Shown here one piece after another: positions 9,862 to 20,745 of a DNA stretch of 64,000 bases (the stretch's first letter is position 1; each line of letters begins with the position of its first letter). The translations under genes and the position numbers were made by a program. The DNA lies in contig NC_043024.1 in the NCBI RefSeq assembly GCF_006345805.1, forward strand, positions 9,734,001 through 9,798,000, read 5' to 3'. This stretch comes from Octopus sinensis (lineage: Eukaryota). The notes beneath the pieces are model-generated. The model did not search any database, had not been told where the DNA came from, and saw nothing but the letters and a program-made list of their open reading frames with translations.

Positions 9862-10225
9862 AAAAAGTCAAGATAGAAAATGCTAAAATAATTTTATAAA
9901 AACCATTTCAGTACCGGTTTCGGTCATTGAAACTTTTTCAACTGTAAGTATGGAAAACAATTAAATTTTGGAAAAATTAAAAGAAAGTATTTTTAAAGAA
10001 TATTTGCATAGTATTCAAACCCACAAGAGTAAACAAGAGAGACAGAGACAGGCAGAAACAAGGAAAATGCCACTTGTATTTGAACACTATGCAAATATTC
10101 TTTTAAAATGCTTTTCGTTTGATTTTTCCAAAATTTAATTGTTTTCCATACTTACAGTTGAAAAAGTCTCAATGACTGAAATGTCTTTTATAAAATTATT
10201 TTAGCATTTTCTATCTTGACTTTTT
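9862..10225. mobile_element. Foldback element, about 150-bp inverted arms (9862-10019 / 10079-10225), Penelope-like
   Basis: arms are reverse complements; the right arm has a small deletion removing the GAAACCGGTA part of the hammerhead-like motif. Confidence 0.55.
9909..9944 (-). ncRNA. Hammerhead-like motif with U3:A8 core variant
   Basis: Minus strand: CAG-UUGAAAA-A-GUUUCAAUGACC-GAAAC-CG-GUA-CUG; palindromic helix III ACCGGU; helix I only 3 bp, helix II weak. Confidence 0.45.
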
Positions 10226-10302
10226 ATATATATAAGAATTTTTTGCGTAATGAGATAAAAAAACCAAGGCTGTATAGATATTAGAGCATTTATAGATAGA
10301 AG

Positions 10303-10355
10303 GCCTTACAGCTGTTTTTCGAGATAATTATTAATCATATCCCTTCATCAGAGAC
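10303..10355 (-). ncRNA. Degenerate type-I hammerhead motif
   Basis: Minus strand: GUCU-CUGAUGA-A-GGGAUA(...)UAUCUC-GAAAAAC-AGCU-GUA-AGGC; 6-bp helix II, palindrome ACAGCUGU; two surplus A in the GAAA run probably inactivate it. Confidence 0.55.
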
Positions 10356-10602
10356 GGTATGAGAGGATGGTTAAGTCATAGTTAGTTTAGATGTGATACA
10401 AAATAGAGAGTGAGGTGGATGAAAGAAAATAGATGCAAGATATGTATGGGTATTGAAGTTGTAAAAAAAATGTCTAAAAAATGGATTTACAACCCATGGC
10501 AGCATGGAAAGCGGACGTTAAACAACAATGACGATGATAATGTTGATTATTATCTGTGTACTGTAAATGTTTCACTGAAATCCTCTTTGTTTCCTCTCAC
10601 AG

Positions 10603-10640
10603 GTCAATCTGCTCAACTCTATACACGAAAACTTTACTCA
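10603..10640 (+). CDS. CCDC93: CCDC93 coding exon (VNLLNSIHENFTQ)
   Basis: ctctcacag|GTC...CA|gtaagt; 38 nt; LLNSIHENF motif. Confidence 0.95.
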
Positions 10641-10923
10641 GTAAGTATCCAGGCACAATATAATATTATTTCTTTTTTATTCTTTTTATCTGTTTCAGTC
10701 ATTTGGCTGTGGCCATACTGGAGCACCGCCTTTAGTTGAGTGAATCAACCCCAGGACTTATTCTTAGTAAGCCTAGCACTTATTCTGTCGGTTCTCTTTT
10801 GCCGAACTGCTAAGTTACAGGGATGCAAACACACAAACATCGGTTGTCAGGCGATATTGGGGGGACAAACACAGACACACAAATTCACACACACACACAC
10901 ACACATACATACATACATATGTA

Positions 10924-10968
<45 letters not shown>

Positions 10969-11759
10969 GAGTGGTTGGCGTTAGGAAGGGCATCCAGCTG
11001 TAGAAACACTGCCAGATCAGACTGGTGCCTGGTGCAGCCTTCTGGCTTCCCAGATCCCGGTCGAACCGTCCAACCCATGCTAGCATGGAGAACGGACATT
11101 AAACAACGATGATGATGATATATATATATATATACATATACACGACGGGCTTCTCTCGGTTTCTGTCTACCAAATCCACTCACAAGGCTTTGGTCAGCCC
11201 AGGGCTATAGTAGAAGACACTTACCCAAGGTGCCACGCAGTGGGACTGAACCCAGAACCATGTGGTTAGTAAGCAAGCTACTTACCACACAGCTGCCCCT
11301 GCATCTTATCTGTATTTGTTCAGAATATAGTAAACTATATATATTTGTTTACACACACACACACATGTATGTATGTATATGTATGTAGGAGTGGCTGTGT
11401 GGTAAGTTGCTTACTTCCCAACCACATGGCTCCAGGTTCAGTCCCACTGCATGGCACCTTGGGCAAGTGTCTTCTACTATAGACCCGGGCTGACCAAAGC
11501 CTTGTGAGTGGATTTGGTAGACGGAAACTGAAAGAAGCCTGCTGTATATATATATGTATGTGTGTGTGTATGTCTTTGTTCCCCTTACCATCACTTGACA
11601 AATGGTGTTGGTGTGTTTATGTCTCCATAACCTAGCAGTTCAGTAAACGAGACTGATAGAATAAGTCCAGGGGTTGATTTCTTCAACTAAAACCTTTTAA
11701 GGCAGTGCTCCAGCATGGCCGCCATCAGATGATTGAAACATATAAAAAAAATAACAGAA

Positions 11760-11983
11760 TATATCAGGACGCCATGATAGATCGTTAGCTCCTACACACA
11801 TTTTTTTCTCTCCTTGTTTCTTTTCTGTGTAACTTTCTGTTGAAGAGCGTAGGCTCGAAACGTAAAAAAATTGTTCTATTTCTATTCCTGAGCACCATAC
11901 TAATACATTTGTTTGTTTGTACTCCACCTGCCTTCGTCTTTTGTTTATTTTCGTAAACCTTCCCGTTATATATACACACACAT

Positions 11984-12026
<43 letters not shown>

Positions 12027-12260
12027 TGAGGACACCATGATAGATCGTTAGCTCCTACACGCATTTTTTTCTCTCCTTGTTTCTCTCCTTGTTTCTCTCC
12101 TTGTTTTTTTTCTGTGTATCTTTCTGTTGAAGAGCGTAGGCTCGAAACGTAAAAGACTTTTTCTATTTCTATTCCTGAGCGCCATACTAATACATTTTTT
12201 TGTTTGTACTCCACCTGCCTTCGTCTTTTGTTTATTTTCGTAAACCTTCCTGTTATATAT
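11760..12260 (+). mobile_element. Two tandem copies of a Penelope-like terminal repeat separated by a TA/CA microsatellite; same family at 14695-14840 (+), 39095-39250 (-), 61610-61760 (-)
   Basis: shared about 200-bp sequence ...ctttctgttgaagagcgtaggctcgaaacgt...atactaatac...ccttcgtcttttgtttattttcgtaaacc. Confidence 0.6.
12119..12156 (+). ncRNA. Minimal hammerhead motif, A6U variant (further copies at 11834-11867 and, decayed, 14700-14737)
   Basis: UCUUU-CUGUUGA-A-GAGC(guag)GCUC-GAAAC-GUA-AAAGA; loop-less palindromic helix III ACGU. Confidence 0.6.
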
Positions 12261-12518
12261 ATAAGAGAAAAAAATCTATCAGAAAGGAACTCTATCTCTC
12301 TTAAAAAAATATCTTTTGATAAGCATAACAAATGCACAACCGGTAAAAAGAACTTTCACCTAATTAAATACGCTCTTCCTTACTTAAATTATTTTGTCAG
12401 CATTTTCTTCATTTCCTTTTTTTATTTATCACAACTCGTGTTCCACATCTCCTTTTTTAAATATATATATATATATATATATATATAAGTAAATTTCTTG
12501 TTTATTCCCCCCTTCCAG

Positions 12519-12603
12519 GGCTATGGCATCAACTGCTACGAAAGAACAGTTCCTGCGACAGATGGAACAAATTGTTGAAGGAGTGAAACAAAATCGACTG
12601 AAG
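12519..12603 (+). CDS. CCDC93: CCDC93 coding exon ([28 protein letters not shown])
   Basis: ccttccag|G...AAG|gtaatg; 85 nt; [12 protein letters not shown] motif. Confidence 0.97.
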
Positions 12604-13332
12604 GTAATGCAACACCTGTCTACATTGAGTTATGGTAATATGTGTGTGTGTATACATATCAGCCGTAGATGATCTCCTCCCCACCCCATCCGATATCCAT
12701 GGGCACTACGGACTGTGCTGTAATTATCCCAGGAATACGGACTACGATCTTGTCACTATGTTCTGAGTTCAAATTCCGCTGAGGTCGACTCTGTGTTTTG
12801 TCATTTCAGAGTCAATAAACTAAGTACCAGTTATGCACTGGGGTCAATGTGATCGACTTAATCACTTCCCCCAAATTTAAGGCCTTGTGCTTCCAGTAAA
12901 AAAGGATTATTATTATCATACTGGGGTCGATCTAATCGACTGGCCCCCACCCCCAAATTTTCGGGCCTTGTGCCTAGAGTAGAAAAGATTATTATTATTA
13001 TTATTGTTATTATTGTTATTATTATTATTATTATTATTATTGTTATTATTGTTATTATTATCATCATCATCATTTCATTATTATTACTATTATTATTATT
13101 ATTATTATTATATAAGATAGCGAGATGGCAGAGTTGTTAGCACACTGCACGAAATGCTTAGTGGTATTTCGCTCGTTGCTACATTCCAAGTTCAAATTCC
13201 GCCGAGGTCAACTTTGCCTTTCGTCCTTTCAGAGTCAGTAAATGAAGTACCAGTTGAACACTTGGGTCGATGTAATCGACTCATCCCCACCTCTCCCAAG
13301 CTGTCCTTGTGGCAAATATTTGAAATTATTAT

Positions 13333-14240
13333 TCATCATCATCGTTTAACGTCCGTTTTCCATGCCAGCATGGGTTGGACGATTTTGACTGAGGGCTGGC
13401 GAACCAGATGGCTGCACCAGGCTCCAATCTTGATCAGGCAGAGTTTCTACAGCTGGATGCCCTTCCTAATGCCAAATGGTGTTTTTTACGTGCCACCTGC
13501 ACAGGAGCCAGTCCTGCGGCACTGGCAACAACCTCGCTCGAATGTTTTTTCACGTGCCAGTATGGCAATGCTGGTAACGATCACACTTGAATGGTGCTTT
13601 TTACGTGCCACCTGCACAGGAGCCAGTCCTGCGGCACTGGCAACAACCTCGCTCGAATGTTTTTTCACGTGCCAGTATGGCAATGCTGGTAACGATCACA
13701 CTTGAATGGTGCTTTTTACGTGCCACCGGCACGGAAGCCAGTTAGCCGCTCTGGCAATGATCACGCTTGGATGGTGCTCTTAGCGCTCCACTAGCATTTA
13801 ATTTCGCTTTCACTTGCCTCAACATGTCTTCGCAAGCAGAGTTTAGTGCCCAATGAAAGAAAGGTATGCATAAGTGGACTGGTTACACCCCTGGCATAGG
13901 CCATGAGGTTATGCCTTCATTTGGCTTGCCGGGTCTTCTCAAGCGCTGCATATTTCCAAAGGTCTCGGTCACTAGTAATTGCCTCGGTGAGGCCTAATGT
14001 TCAAAGGTCATGCTTCACCACCTCATCCCAGGTCTTCCTGGGTCTACCTCTTCCACAGGTTCCCTCAACCGCTAGGGTGTGGCACTTTTTCACACAGCCA
14101 TCCTCGTCCATTTGCATCACTTGGCCATACCAGTGCAGTTGTCTCTCTTGCTCACCACATCTGATGCTTCTCAGGTCCAACTTTTCTCTCAAGGTACTTA
14201 CACTCTGACGAGTATGCACACTGACATTACACATCCAACT
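13333..14240 (-). mobile_element. 5'-truncated RTE-clade LINE: ORF C-terminus contiguous with the tandem-unit 3' UTR and (GAT)n tail
   Basis: RQLHWYGQVMQMDEDGCVKKC...GRGRPRKTW (14001-14234), followed on the same strand by the gcacc/ggcacgt units and the ccatgctggcatgg...gatgatg tail. Confidence 0.88.
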
Positions 14241-14275
14241 GACAATTATTATTATTATTATTATTATATCGACAG

Positions 14276-14389
14276 GTGGAGAAAAAGAAGCAGGAAGAGA
14301 AAATGAAGCGTGACCAATTTAATGACCAATATCTGGAATTAATTGAGAGTCAAAGACTCTACTTCAAGACTGTCAAAGACTTCCAAGAG
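14276..14389 (+). CDS. CCDC93: CCDC93 coding exon ([38 protein letters not shown])
   Basis: (att)n-atatcgacag|GTG...GAG|gtatga; 114 nt; NDQYLEL and QRLYFKTVK motifs. Confidence 0.97.
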
Positions 14390-14657
14390 GTATGATGCTT
14401 CACCAACTTCTAATAACCATTTGGTATTCTTTGGGATTCTAATTCTTGTACTAACACAAACAAATAACTACCAGTATTTGACTGCGGCCATGCTGGAGCA
14501 CTGCCTTTAATCGAGCAACTCGACCCCGGGACTTATTCTTTTGTAAGCCCAGTAACGGGGACATAAACACACCAGCATCGGTTGTCAAGCAATGCTAGGT
14601 GGACAAACACAGACACACAAACATACACGCACACACACACATATATATATATATAAT

Positions 14658-14694
<37 letters not shown>

Positions 14695-14850
14695 GTGTAT
14701 CTTTCTGTTGAAGAGCGTAGGCTGAAAACGTTAAAGACTTGTTTTATTTATATTTCCTGAGCGCCATACTAATACAATTGTTCGTTTGTTTTCCACCTGC
14801 CTTCGTCTTTTGTTTATTTTCATAAAGCTTCCCGTTATATATATATATAC

Positions 14851-14922
<72 letters not shown>

Positions 14923-15167
14923 GACGGGCTTCCTTCAGTTTCCATCTACCAAATCCACTCACAAGGCTTTGGTCGTCCCAAGGCTATAGTAGAAGACACT
15001 TGCCCAAGGTGCCACGCAGTGGGACTGAACCCGGAACCATGTGGTTGGTAAGCAAGCTACTTACCACACAGCCACGCCTGCGCCTATGAATATTTTCCAA
15101 TGGAATTATTATTATGGATTTGATTGATTTCTTATTTTTTTCTAATTTCCTCTTCATTTTGTTCCAG

Positions 15168-15209
15168 GAATGCCGAAAGAATGAAATACTGCTGTCTAAA
15201 TTACGATGA
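15168..15209 (+). CDS. CCDC93: CCDC93 terminal coding exon (ECRKNEILLSKLR*)
   Basis: gttccag|GAA...TGA; corresponds to the human C-terminus EGRKNEMLLSK; the 11 exons sum to 837 nt, in frame. Confidence 0.95.
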   Translation, partial: ECRKNEILLSKLR

Positions 15210-16240
15210 AGAGAACAAATTCTTTGAAAACGGGTGAAGGATCCGGAAATCCTTGATCCAAAATTATTATTCTTAATGGCTGCTGATTCAATATTTTTTT
15301 TACAAGAACAAAATATATTTATTATTATTACTATTACTACTACTACTACTATTATTATTATTATTATTATTGTTATTATTATGAAGAAGAAAGTGGAGGG
15401 TGGGCTGTCAAAATCATTGGCACGCCGGGCAAAATGCTTAGCAGTATTTTGTCTGTCCTTACATTCTGAATTCAAATTCCGCTGAGGTCAACTGTACCTT
15501 TCATCCTTTCAGGGTCGATAAAATAAGTACCAATGAAATACTGGGGTCGATGTAATCGAATAGTCTCCTCCCTGCAAAACTTCAGGCCATGGGCCTATGT
15601 TACAAATGATCCCATATTATGGTTGCTGTTTGTCCCCAGGTCAACCCTGATTGAGCAAACAGACCTGTGATTTAAAGACATTCCAGCTGTGACCATCCTC
15701 TCTTATATTCAGGCTTGTACCAAAGACTACAATATCTAATGTGTCCTTCATAAAGACAATAAAATTTAATTTTCAGGAGATTTGGATGTTATTTTTAGCA
15801 TGTCAAGCAACATCTCCCCCTCACACACACATTGGGTTACTCATATTATTTTTATTACATTATTTAACCCCAGGTCAGCCCTGACCAAAGTGTTCTAACC
15901 TTGACCATCCCACAAATTTTTTTTTCAGGCATAGTCTACCAAGGACTACATTATCTGATGTATCCTTTTTTTTTTTTAAGATGGCGGGATGTGATTAAAG
16001 GGAGATATAGCTGCTATTTCTAGCAAACCAAGCATCCATAGCTCCCTCATTAGCTTCTTACTATCGTAATTAAAGTACATATATATATATAACGAAGCCA
16101 CACTAATGATCGTGAACTAACTTTATCCACAATTTCTATATAATTAAATTAACCCTTTTGATACCAATCTACTGGAGACCATCCCTACTTTTTTTGATAT
16201 AAACTTCCTGTATTAAAAGTGAACTAAATTAAAACCAAAA

Positions 16241-16835
16241 ATAAATCTCAGAGTGAGTTATAAACAGTAGCTGCAACACATCGTGATGTATATTTGCCAT
16301 TTGAATATGGCTAACCTTAAGGGTGGATGCTACTGTAGTTTGTAGCCCCAGGAGGACACCTCCTCCAGCTGGCTATAGACACACTTTATGTGCCCTATCA
16401 GTATTTGCAAAGGGAAGCCATCCTTCCCGTCTTCAACTTATGATACACATGGACTCGAGTTTCTGGATATTGACCCGTCATCGGCGTGTGACAATCACAG
16501 TTGTCGATGAGAAGTAGGTTCCCTTCACAAATACTTAAACCTTTTTCCAGTATCGATAGACACTGATATTGAAAAAGTGTAAACAAGCAATAATAAATCT
16601 CAGAGCGAGTTATAAACAGTAGCTGCAACACATTGTGAAGTATATTTGCCATTTAAATATGGCTAACCCCTAAGGGTGGATGCTACTGTAGTTTGTAGCC
16701 CCAGGAGGACACCTCCTCCAGCCGTAGGGCACAGAAAGTGTGTCTATGGCCAGCTGGAGGAGGTGGCCTCCTGGGGCTACAAACTACAGTAGCATCCACC
16801 CTTAGGGGTTAGCCATATTTAAATGGCAAATATAC
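16241..16835 (-). mobile_element. Penelope-like tandem-plus-inverted terminal repeat structure
   Basis: direct repeat with 352-bp period (16241 vs 16593), perfect 69-bp inverted arms 16640-16708/16767-16835, hammerhead at 16446. Confidence 0.6.
16446..16490 (-). ncRNA. Minimal hammerhead motif, U4C variant
   Basis: Minus strand: CACACG-CCGAUGA-CGG(gucaauau)CCA-GAAAC-UCGA-GUC-CAUGUG; palindrome ACUCGAGU; the two mismatches are CpG-to-CpA type. Confidence 0.55.
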
Positions 16836-16989
16836 GTCATAAATTAAAACCTTCCTTCAAAATTTTGTGCTAATTTGTGTTTCAACGGCAAGTTATTTTA
16901 CTAAATTCTGTTATTTTCATAATGACAAATAACGTGAGCTCATGGCCGTTTCCTGCACCAGATTCACATAGAAGCCCCAGCCCATCCAA

Positions 16990-18630
16990 AGTACCTTGGA
17001 TCACAGAATGGCCTGCTGTGCTTACCTTGGATCATAGGGCGACCTGCTGTGCTTGAGGAGACTTATTGAGTCAAGTACATCTACATCAAAATAAAAATCA
17101 AATGGAAATTGTAGTTGTGATACCCATGCCGGTGGCATGTAAAAAGCACCATCCAAACGTGGCTGATGCCAGTGCCGCCTTGACTGGCTTCTGTGTTGGT
17201 GGCACGTAAAAAGCACCAATCGATCATGGCCATTGCCAGCCTCCCCTGGTTCCTGTGTCGGTGGCATGTAAAAAGCACCATCCAAACGTGGCTGATGCCA
17301 GTGCCGCCTTGACTGGCTTCTGTGTTGGTGGCACGTAAAAAGCACCAATCGATCATGGCCATTGCCAGCCTCCCCTGGTTCCTGTGCGGTGGCATGTAAA
17401 AAAGCACCGTTCGAACGTGGCTGATGCCAGTGCCGCCTTGATGGCTTCTGTGTTGGTGGCACGTAAAAAGCACCAATCGATCATGGCCATTGCCAGCCTC
17501 CATGGTTCCTGTGTCGGTGGCATGTAAAAAGCACCGTTCGAACGTGGCTGATGCCAGTGCCGCCTTGACTGGCTTCTGTGTTGGTGGCACGTAAAAAGCA
17601 CCAATCGATCATGGCCATTGCCAGCCTCCCCTGGTTCCTGTGTCGGTGGCATGTAAAAAGCACCATCCAAACGTGGCTGATGCCAGTGCCGCCTTGACTG
17701 GCTTCTGTGTTGGTGGCACGTAAAAAGCACCAATCGATCATGGCCATTGCCAGCCTCCCCTGGTTCCTGTGTCGGTGGCATGTAAAAAGCACCATCCAAA
17801 CGTGGCTGATGCCAGTGCCGCCTTGACTGGCTTCTGTGTTGGTGGCACGTAAAAAGCACCAATCGATCATGGCCATTGCCAGCCTCCCCTGGTTCCTGTG
17901 TCGGTGGCATGTAAAAAGCACCGTTCGAACGTGGCTGATGCCAGTGCCGCCTTGACTGGCTTCTGTGTTGGTGGCACGTAAAAAGCACCAATCGATCATG
18001 GCCATTGCCAGCCTCCCCTGGTTCCTGTGTCGGTGGCATGTAAAAAGCACCGTTCGAACGTGGCTGATGCCAGTGCCGCCTTGACTGGCTTCTGTGTTGG
18101 CACGTAAAAAGCACAATCGATCATGCCATTGCCAGCCTCCCCTGGTTCCTGTGTCGGTGGCATGTAAAAAGCACCGTTCGAACGTGGCTGATGCCAGTGC
18201 CGCCTTGACTGGCTTCTGTGTTGGTGGCACGTAAAAAGCACCAATCGATCATGGCCATTGCCAGCCTCCCCTGGTTCCTGTGTCGGTGGCATGTAAAAAG
18301 CACCGTTCGAACGTGGCTGATGCCAGTGCCGCCTTGACTGGCTTCTGTGTTGGTGGCACGTAAAAAGCACCAATCGATCATGGCCATTGCCAGCCTCCCC
18401 TGGTTCCTGTGTCGGTGGCATGTAAAAAGCACCATCCAAACGTGGCTGATGCCAGTGCCGCCTTGACTGGTTTCCGTGCCGGTGGCACGTAAAAAGCACC
18501 AACCAATAGTGGCCGTTGCCAGCCTCTGGTGGCACGTAAAAAGTACCCACTACACTCACGAAGTGGTTGGCATTAGGAAGGGCATCCAGCTGTAGAAGCA
18601 TAGATGATGATCCATCATCCATCATTTTGA
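16990..18630 (+). repeat. RTE 3'-UTR copy with a 129-bp higher-order repeat (67-bp + 62-bp subunits) x about 10.5
   Basis: period 129 (17150 vs 17279); ORF-track peptides repeat every 43 aa. Confidence 0.92.
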
Positions 18631-18810
18631 ATCCAGGGTTTGTCCCCGTTAACGGGGACGGCTGGATCTACCTCAATGCCATAGCAACCACCCTCACACC
18701 ATCTCACCATCTTGCCTGGTTTTGGGTATCCTCCCTTCCCAAGCCAACCCTCCGATCTCCTCCTCCACTTGTCCCTTCCACATTTTCCTCGGTCTACCTC
18801 GCTTTTGCTG
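18630..18810 (-). mobile_element. Decayed RTE-type ORF C-terminal fragment
   Basis: KRGRPRKMWKGQVEEE and DPAVPVNGDKP in neighbouring frames. Confidence 0.6.
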
Positions 18811-20214
18811 TTTATTCTTAGAACGACATTGTAGGGTAGGTGTGAGAGGCTGGATCTGGTCAGATTGAGCATAAAACAAGTAGAAAATTTGGGCCGGATA
18901 TGGCCAGTTTAAATGCTAAACAATTAACCCTATTGAACAAATGGAAGAGCCTCTACATCTTGGCTTGACTCGCTAGAAATGGCAACCTAATATCATCCTC
19001 AATCATTTTTTTCAAAAAATTAAAATATAAGGTAAAACAGAAGGTCACATTAAACAATCTAGTCCTAGATACATCAAAAGTGGCATGATGGTCATAGTTG
19101 GAATGCCTTTGATCATGGGCTTGCTCAAATATACTTGACCTGGGGCTAAAATTTATCACACAGAATAAATGGTTTTGCCACATGTAATAAAGACACTGGA
19201 TGTAATAAATAAATAAAAAATATAAAGATTAATAAATAAAATAAATGACTATTGTTGTTGTTGTTTTGTCTTTTACTTGTTTGTCATTGGAATGTGGCCA
19301 TGCTGGGGCACCGACTTAAAGGGTTTAGCTGAAAAAAATCAACCCCTCTGCGTTTGTGTTTTTTAAAGTTTCATAATTATTCTGTTTATTCTTTGGCTCT
19401 TTTACTTATTTCAGTCATTTGACTGTGGCCATGCTGGAGCGCTGCCTTCAAGGTTTTTTTAGTCGAACAAATTTACCCCAGGTCTTATTTTTTTAATTAT
19501 TTATTCTATCAGTCCCTTTTGCCAAACCACTAAGTTACAGGGACATAAACACACCAACACTGGTTGTCAAGTGGTGATAGGGGGGGACTAACAAAGACAC
19601 ACACACACACATATACGTTGGGCTTCCTTCAGTTTCCGTCTACCAAATTCACTCACAAGGTTGTGGTCTGGCTGAGGCTTTAGTAGAAGACACTTGGCCA
19701 AGTTGCCCCATAGTGGACTGAACCCAGAACCATGTAGTTGGTAAGCAAGCTTCTTACCACACAGCCACACCTGGTGAGGGTTGACAACAGGAAAGGCATC
19801 CAGCTGTAGAAAAATCTGCTTCAACAAATTCTGTCTAACCCATGCAAATGTAGGAAGATGGACATTAAAATAATGTTATCTGCAGGTTCTGGGTTCAGTC
19901 CCACTGTGTGGCACCTTGGGCAAGTGTCTTCTACTATAGCCTTGGGCCGACCAAAACCTTGTGGGTGGATTTGGTAGACGGAAACTGAAAGAAGCCCGTC
20001 GTATATATGTATATATATATATGTATGTGTGTGTGTGTGTGTGTCTGTGTTTGTCCCCTAGCATTGCTTGACAACCAATGCTGATGTTTACGTCCCCCGT
20101 AACTTAGCGGTTCAGCAAAAGAGAATAAGCTCTGGGGTCGATTTGCTCTTCTATAACTGAAACAAGTAAAAGAGTATGGAAAATGGTAAAGCATATTAGC
20201 TCAGCATTTTTTAA

Positions 20215-20418
20215 CCCTTTAGCGTTCGGATTATCCTGCCAAATGTAAGGCTTATTTAATCCTGGATTATATCATAGCTCTGAGGTTTCAATTAAATGAA
20301 TGTTTGCATTTAGAGTGACATTGTAGGGTAAGTGCAAGAAGCCAGATCTGGCCAGTTTGAACGTAAAACCAATAGAATATTTTGGCTGGAAACAGCTGGT
20401 TTAAATGCTAAATAGTTA
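20215..20418. mobile_element. Short TTAA-flanked MITE (ccctttagc...gctaaatag); fragments at 18820-18925 and 40692-40860
   Basis: ttaaccctttagc left end, aatgctaaatagttaa right end (imperfect). Confidence 0.6.
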
Positions 20419-20454
20419 AAAGAAAGAATGATAACAAAAAGTTTTATAAAAGCA

Positions 20455-20745
20455 TTAAGTAGGAAAGTCTTTATTCAATGTCAATCATTAAATAGGAAAG
20501 TCTTTATTCAATGTCAATCATTAAATAGGAAAGTCTTTATTCAATATCAATCATTAAATAGGAAAGTCTTTATTCAATGTCAATCATTAAACAGGAAAGT
20601 CTTTATTCAATGTCAATCATTAAACAGGAAAGTCTTTATTCAATGTCAATCATTAAACAGGAAAGTCTTTATTCAATATCAATCATGAAATAGGAAAATC
20701 TTTATTCAATGTCAATCATTAAATAGGAAAGCCTTTATTCAATAG
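20455..20745. repeat. 33-bp minisatellite x about 9 (aaataggaaagtctttattcaatgtcaatcatt); two more units at 21989-22050
   Basis: direct reading; 11-aa periodic ORF-track peptide. Confidence 0.92.

Noticed and set aside
15758-15763. CCDC93 poly(A) signal AATAAA
   Set aside because: Lies in AT-rich, repeat-derived sequence with many alternatives; cannot be assigned without 3'-end data.
17022-18625. Repetitive ORFs of up to 253 aa in the 129-bp, 68-bp and 62-bp arrays
   Set aside because: Open in several frames and on both strands; by-products of GC-rich tandem units in a LINE 3' UTR.
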